A stretch of 64,000 nucleotides of DNA from an uncultured bacterium (lineage in GTDB: Bacteria; Chloroflexota; UBA5177; JANWHV01): the NCBI GenBank assembly GCA_963729625.1, contig CAVSOU010000010.1, forward strand, positions 672,001 to 736,000. The letters run 5' to 3'. This document shows positions 60,906 through 64,000 of the stretch, piece after piece (position 1 is the stretch's first letter; the number at the start of each line of letters is the position of its first letter). The translations under genes were made by a program, and so were the position numbers. The notes below the pieces were generated by a model. It was not told the origin of the DNA. It ran no database searches and saw only the letters and a program-made list of their open reading frames with translations.

Positions 60906-61240
60906 TCATTTGCTCCTGGCAGTGTCGCTCGGGCCACCACGGTTCATTGCTCCTCCGAGGTGCCAAAGTGCGACCAGGGCAGCCGGCGCGGGAGTCGTCG
61001 CGGCCACCTCATCGCCGCCGAAGGTGAGAGCCTCCACCGGCCCGGCGACCGTGCAGCCTACGAATCGAAGCAGTGACAGGCTATGGACAGCACTCGCTTC
61101 GTCGTCACTCAGGCCGAACAAGGCGCCGAGGCGCACGGCCAGCAGGCAGGTGCGGAGCCCGTACTGCGACGGCTGGCCCATTCCCAGATCGGTGCCTACA
61201 ATGAGCGCTGCGATGACCTCGGGCGGACGCCGGCGCTGCG
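60906..61240 (-). pseudogene. N-terminal fragment of an HD-domain phosphohydrolase/LuxR-type protein
   Basis: EVIAAL..GTDLGMGQP...GLRTCLLAVRL....GL......VHSLSLLRFVGCT, then decays. Confidence 0.65.
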
Positions 61241-61939
61241 TGGCTCTTCCTGCTGCGTCCGCGTGCAGCGGGGAGCCATGACGAGCCGAAGAAGCCGTGC
61301 GGAATAGCCGTCGCACAATGTCGCGTCCTGCTCAAGCCGCGCTGCCAGCCGAGGCAGATCTTCGGGAAGATCGACATCGAAATCGCCGGCGAGTAGCCGC
61401 AGAGAAAGTCCGCGCTGCGCAATCGCGCCGCACGTATCTGCCAGCACCGTCGGCGTGCTCATCGGCACCATCGTGAAGATATCGTGCGGGGCGGACATTC
61501 CGACCAGATGGTAGCCGCCGTCGTCCGACGGCGCCAGCACAACGTCGCTCGTGGCAAGCGCCGCGAACGCGCTCTCTACCACATCGGGCGACAGGTGCGG
61601 CACATCCGAGCTGATCACCAGGACACGCGCGAAGCCTGCATTGATCGCCCAACTGAAAATGTTGAGCAGACGGTGCCCCAGGTCAGGCCCTGCCTGCATG
61701 AGCACCGATCCGGGCGTGAGTGCCGATGGTGGAGCACCGCCCTCGGGCGTGTAGGCCCAGACCAGATCGCACGCGTCACCGGCAAACCGCACGCCGAGAT
61801 CCTGGAGAAACGCCCGGTAGAGCGCGCGTGCACCTTCCTCCCCCAGCGCCGGGATCAGCCGCGTCTTGACCTTACCCACCTCCGGATTCCGGCAGACGAT
61901 GGCCAGAAGGCGCCGTCCTTCATCCTCGCGCACCGTCAC
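61196..61939 (-). CDS. TIGR04282/DUF2064-family nucleotidyl- or glycosyltransferase
   Basis: P..GKVKTRL, Q.G.DLG.RL, SD.P, P..DGGY.LVG and DVD..EDL motifs. Confidence 0.88.
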   Translation of the reverse strand: MTVREDEGRRLLAIVCRNPEVGKVKTRLIPALGEEGARALYRAFLQDLGVRFAGDACDLVWAYTPEGGAPPSALTPGSVLMQAGPDLGHRLLNIFSWAINAGFARVLVISSDVPHLSPDVVESAFAALATSDVVLAPSDDGGYHLVGMSAPHDIFTMVPMSTPTVLADTCGAIAQRGLSLRLLAGDFDVDLPEDLPRLAARLEQDATLCDGYSARLLRLVMAPRCTRTQQEEPRSAGVRPRSSQRSL

Positions 61940-62043
61940 AGCCCCAGCCTGCCGGCGGCGGTGAGCACGGCGATCACGGTCATACTGTCCACGATCTGGT
62001 AGATCTCGCGCGTGCTCAGCGCCACCCGGGGCTGCTCGTGCAT
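61936..62043 (-). pseudogene. 35-aa stub resembling an O-methyltransferase dimerisation N-terminus
   Basis: MHEQPRVALSTREIYQIVDSMTVIAVLTAAGRLGL*; stop overlaps the next start. Confidence 0.35.
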
Positions 62044-62061
62044 CGTCGTTGGGCGTTCGAC

Positions 62062-62421
62062 TCAGAAGGAAAGAGTCTGAGCGCCGGTGACCATTTCTTC
62101 TACGGCCTTGGCGGCACCGACGACTTGCGCCCCCTCGATCAGCTGTTCAGCCGTGATATTGCGCGGCTTGATACAGGCGCCGCAGACCCACAGCTTGCCG
62201 CCGTTCGCGATGAACTTCTCAATCAATTCCTTGATCGGCGGATAGCCATCTGCCTGTAAGCCGTCGACATAGCCCTTCGTCGCCACCCAGGGGCCATCAA
62301 TGCTGAGCAGCACGATTGCTTCCTGGTCAGAGCTAAGCGCCGCGTTCGCAATCACGAAGCTGAGCGTGGCTCGTTCCAGGTTATCCTTGCCGTTGGTGTT
62401 GTTGATCAGCACCTTGCCCAT
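62062..62421 (-). CDS. DsrE/DsrF-like family protein
   Basis: GGKLWVCGACIKPR (CxxC); GAGGGAG RBS. Confidence 0.88.
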   Translation of the reverse strand: MGKVLINNTNGKDNLERATLSFVIANAALSSDQEAIVLLSIDGPWVATKGYVDGLQADGYPPIKELIEKFIANGGKLWVCGACIKPRNITAEQLIEGAQVVGAAKAVEEMVTGAQTLSF

Positions 62422-62722
62422 GTGCGCACTCCCTCGCTAGCGGCTAGCCCTTACGACGCACCAAATAGCGCTCGTCCTCGTGTTGAATCAATGTATGTCC
62501 CGTCAAGCGACACCACGCCGGCAGATCGACGGCCACGCTCGGCTCGGTGGCGCGGATCTCCACGGTCTGGCCCGGCAGCATCTTGCGAATAAGCGTAGCG
62601 ATATCATCCAGGGGCCCGTCGCCGCAACCCTTGTTGCCGGCATCGTAAAATGCGTCTGCGCCGAAGCGTGGTTGAATCGCTCTGTGTTGGGGGCAGCGAC
62701 ATGTTGCACAGGCATGACCCTC

Positions 62723-63790
62723 CTACAGGAGCCAGAAGCGGGCGGCGAACTCGTTGGGGGAGAGTCCCGGCAGTGCCAAGCCTTGGTGCGGGCGGTCATT
62801 GTAGGCGACGCGGAATTGCTCGAGGAGCGTCTCCAAGGCCGCAGTGTTGCTCCAGGCGTGCTCGGCCAGCCAGATTTTGAGCGTGCGTACGAATCGTTCC
62901 GCGATCCCGTTCGACGCGGGCCGATGCCGGGCTATGAGCACGTGCACGAAGTCCTCGTCCTGGGCGAACTGCGCGAACTGCTGGGCGGTGAAGTGGCAGC
63001 CGCGGTCGGAGATGAGGAACTGGAGCTGCGCGGGGAGGAGGTCGCGCAAGGCGGCGACGACCACCTCGGCGGTGACCTTGGGACCGGCGACGAAGAGCGG
63101 GAGACCCGCGCACTGCCGGGTACAGTTATCGGTCACGACGAGGATGGCGATCCAGGGTGGCCTGGCCAGCTGCGCTGGCGGAGGCTGCAGGCGCTCCAGC
63201 GCAGCCTGCCAGGCGGCATCCTCCTCGCGCCGCCGGGCCAGGACAGCCTGGCGCTGATCGTGCAGCAGAAGCCAGCGGTCCTGTGCGGCCAGATAGCGGG
63301 CATACTGGCGCGGCGACCACTGTTCCGGCCGCAGCTGTGCCTGCCGCTCGCGGCAGACGGCCTCCCAGAGCGCATCCTCTTGCCGGCGCTGCTGGAGGAT
63401 CTGCAGCCGTTGCGCCGCCAGCATCCGCTGCTGCTGCCGCGCTGGCTGCTCCACCGCTGGCTGGCGCGGGTGCCGGGTGGTGCGTGCCGCCTTGCGCGGT
63501 GGCGTGCGCGGCGCGGATCGCCACACGAACTCCCGCATCGCCTGCGCATAGGCCAGCTCGGCGTCCTCGAACACCTGGCCAGGCCAGGCCCGTTCCGCCG
63601 CCGCACCCTCCCGTGGTCCATAGATGACGAGCCGGCCCGATGACCCGCTCACTGCCGGCAGGCGTACCGCCGCCTCGTGCACGGCGGGCACGAAGCACAG
63701 GTCCACGTTCAGGGTTTGGCCGGGCTCGTCGGCCGTGCGGTTCTCGCCGCTTGGCCCCCCCTTTTCACCGGTGGTGCCGGTGCGGGCCAC
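62723..63790 (-). CDS. Transposase catalytic (rve, DDE) part with ~170-aa helical insertion
   Basis: NVDLCF, VVTDNCTR, ISDRGCHF, NGIAERFVRTLK and YNDRPHQGL motifs. Confidence 0.85.
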   Translation of the reverse strand: MARTGTTGEKGGPSGENRTADEPGQTLNVDLCFVPAVHEAAVRLPAVSGSSGRLVIYGPREGAAAERAWPGQVFEDAELAYAQAMREFVWRSAPRTPPRKAARTTRHPRQPAVEQPARQQQRMLAAQRLQILQQRRQEDALWEAVCRERQAQLRPEQWSPRQYARYLAAQDRWLLLHDQRQAVLARRREEDAAWQAALERLQPPPAQLARPPWIAILVVTDNCTRQCAGLPLFVAGPKVTAEVVVAALRDLLPAQLQFLISDRGCHFTAQQFAQFAQDEDFVHVLIARHRPASNGIAERFVRTLKIWLAEHAWSNTAALETLLEQFRVAYNDRPHQGLALPGLSPNEFAARFWLL

Positions 63791-64000
63791 AATCCAGCGT
63801 CACGCAGGATGCGCTTGACCGTATTCGGACTGACCAGCGGTACCCACCCCTGCGCCTTCGCCAGCTCATCCGCCAGCCGTTGCTTGCCCCAGCTGGGCTG
63901 CTCCTCTCGGAGGGCGATCACCTGGGCCTCCACCGCCGCGGCGGTCCGGTGCGGCTGGTGCGGCACGCGGCTGCCGAACCGTGCGAGGCCGGTGTAGCCG
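63709..64000 (-). CDS. Transposase N-terminal HTH part (partial; probably fused to the rve ORF by -1 frameshift)
   Basis: PH..PHRT...VE..VI.LR...P.WG...LA..L....VSPNTVKRIL...GL, typical of IS481/IS3-like HTH. Confidence 0.85.
   Translation of the reverse strand, partial: GYTGLARFGSRVPHQPHRTAAAVEAQVIALREEQPSWGKQRLADELAKAQGWVPLVSPNTVKRILRDAGLWPAPAPPVKRGGQAARTARPTSPAKP

Larger units (their letters stand above)
62683..64000 (-). mobile_element. IS481-like insertion sequence (right end in window; left end outside)
   Basis: Terminal TGTGTTGGGGGCAGCGACATGTTGCACA 40 nt past the transposase stop; HTH ORF plus rve ORF. Confidence 0.75.

Overview
GC-rich bacterial chromosomal window. The lineage is probably Chloroflexota-like (inferred from the Hanks kinase, Thr-rich secreted proteins and short-form GyrB; not proven). 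1-17.6 kb is mostly housekeeping: a probable OLE-like large ncRNA cut off at the left edge, dinB, rnz, a Crp regulator, a Ser/Thr kinase, a cysteine desulfurase, plsX, gyrB and tRNA-Phe/Gly. 17.7-34.5 kb is accessory DNA downstream of tRNA-Gly and tRNA-Cys: integrase relics, an epoxide hydrolase, an Agd3/CE18-like deacetylase, glutamine synthetase III, GH30, a TPR-DUF2325 protein and several deletion-scarred pseudogenes. 34.5-55.7 kb is a large sugar-catabolic locus: two DUF2961/GH172, a DUF4185-like protein, a Tat-exported ABC binding protein with permeases, and dehydrogenase, lactonase and dehydratase genes. Embedded in it is a highly divergent GroEL homologue lacking the Asp398-equivalent and any groES, translationally coupled to a beta-propeller gene. 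After tRNA-Leu come a MocR/aminotransferase/PhzF cassette, gene fragments and an IS481-like element with a frameshifted transposase carrying a large insertion. All family calls are by eye from motifs; no database searches were run.
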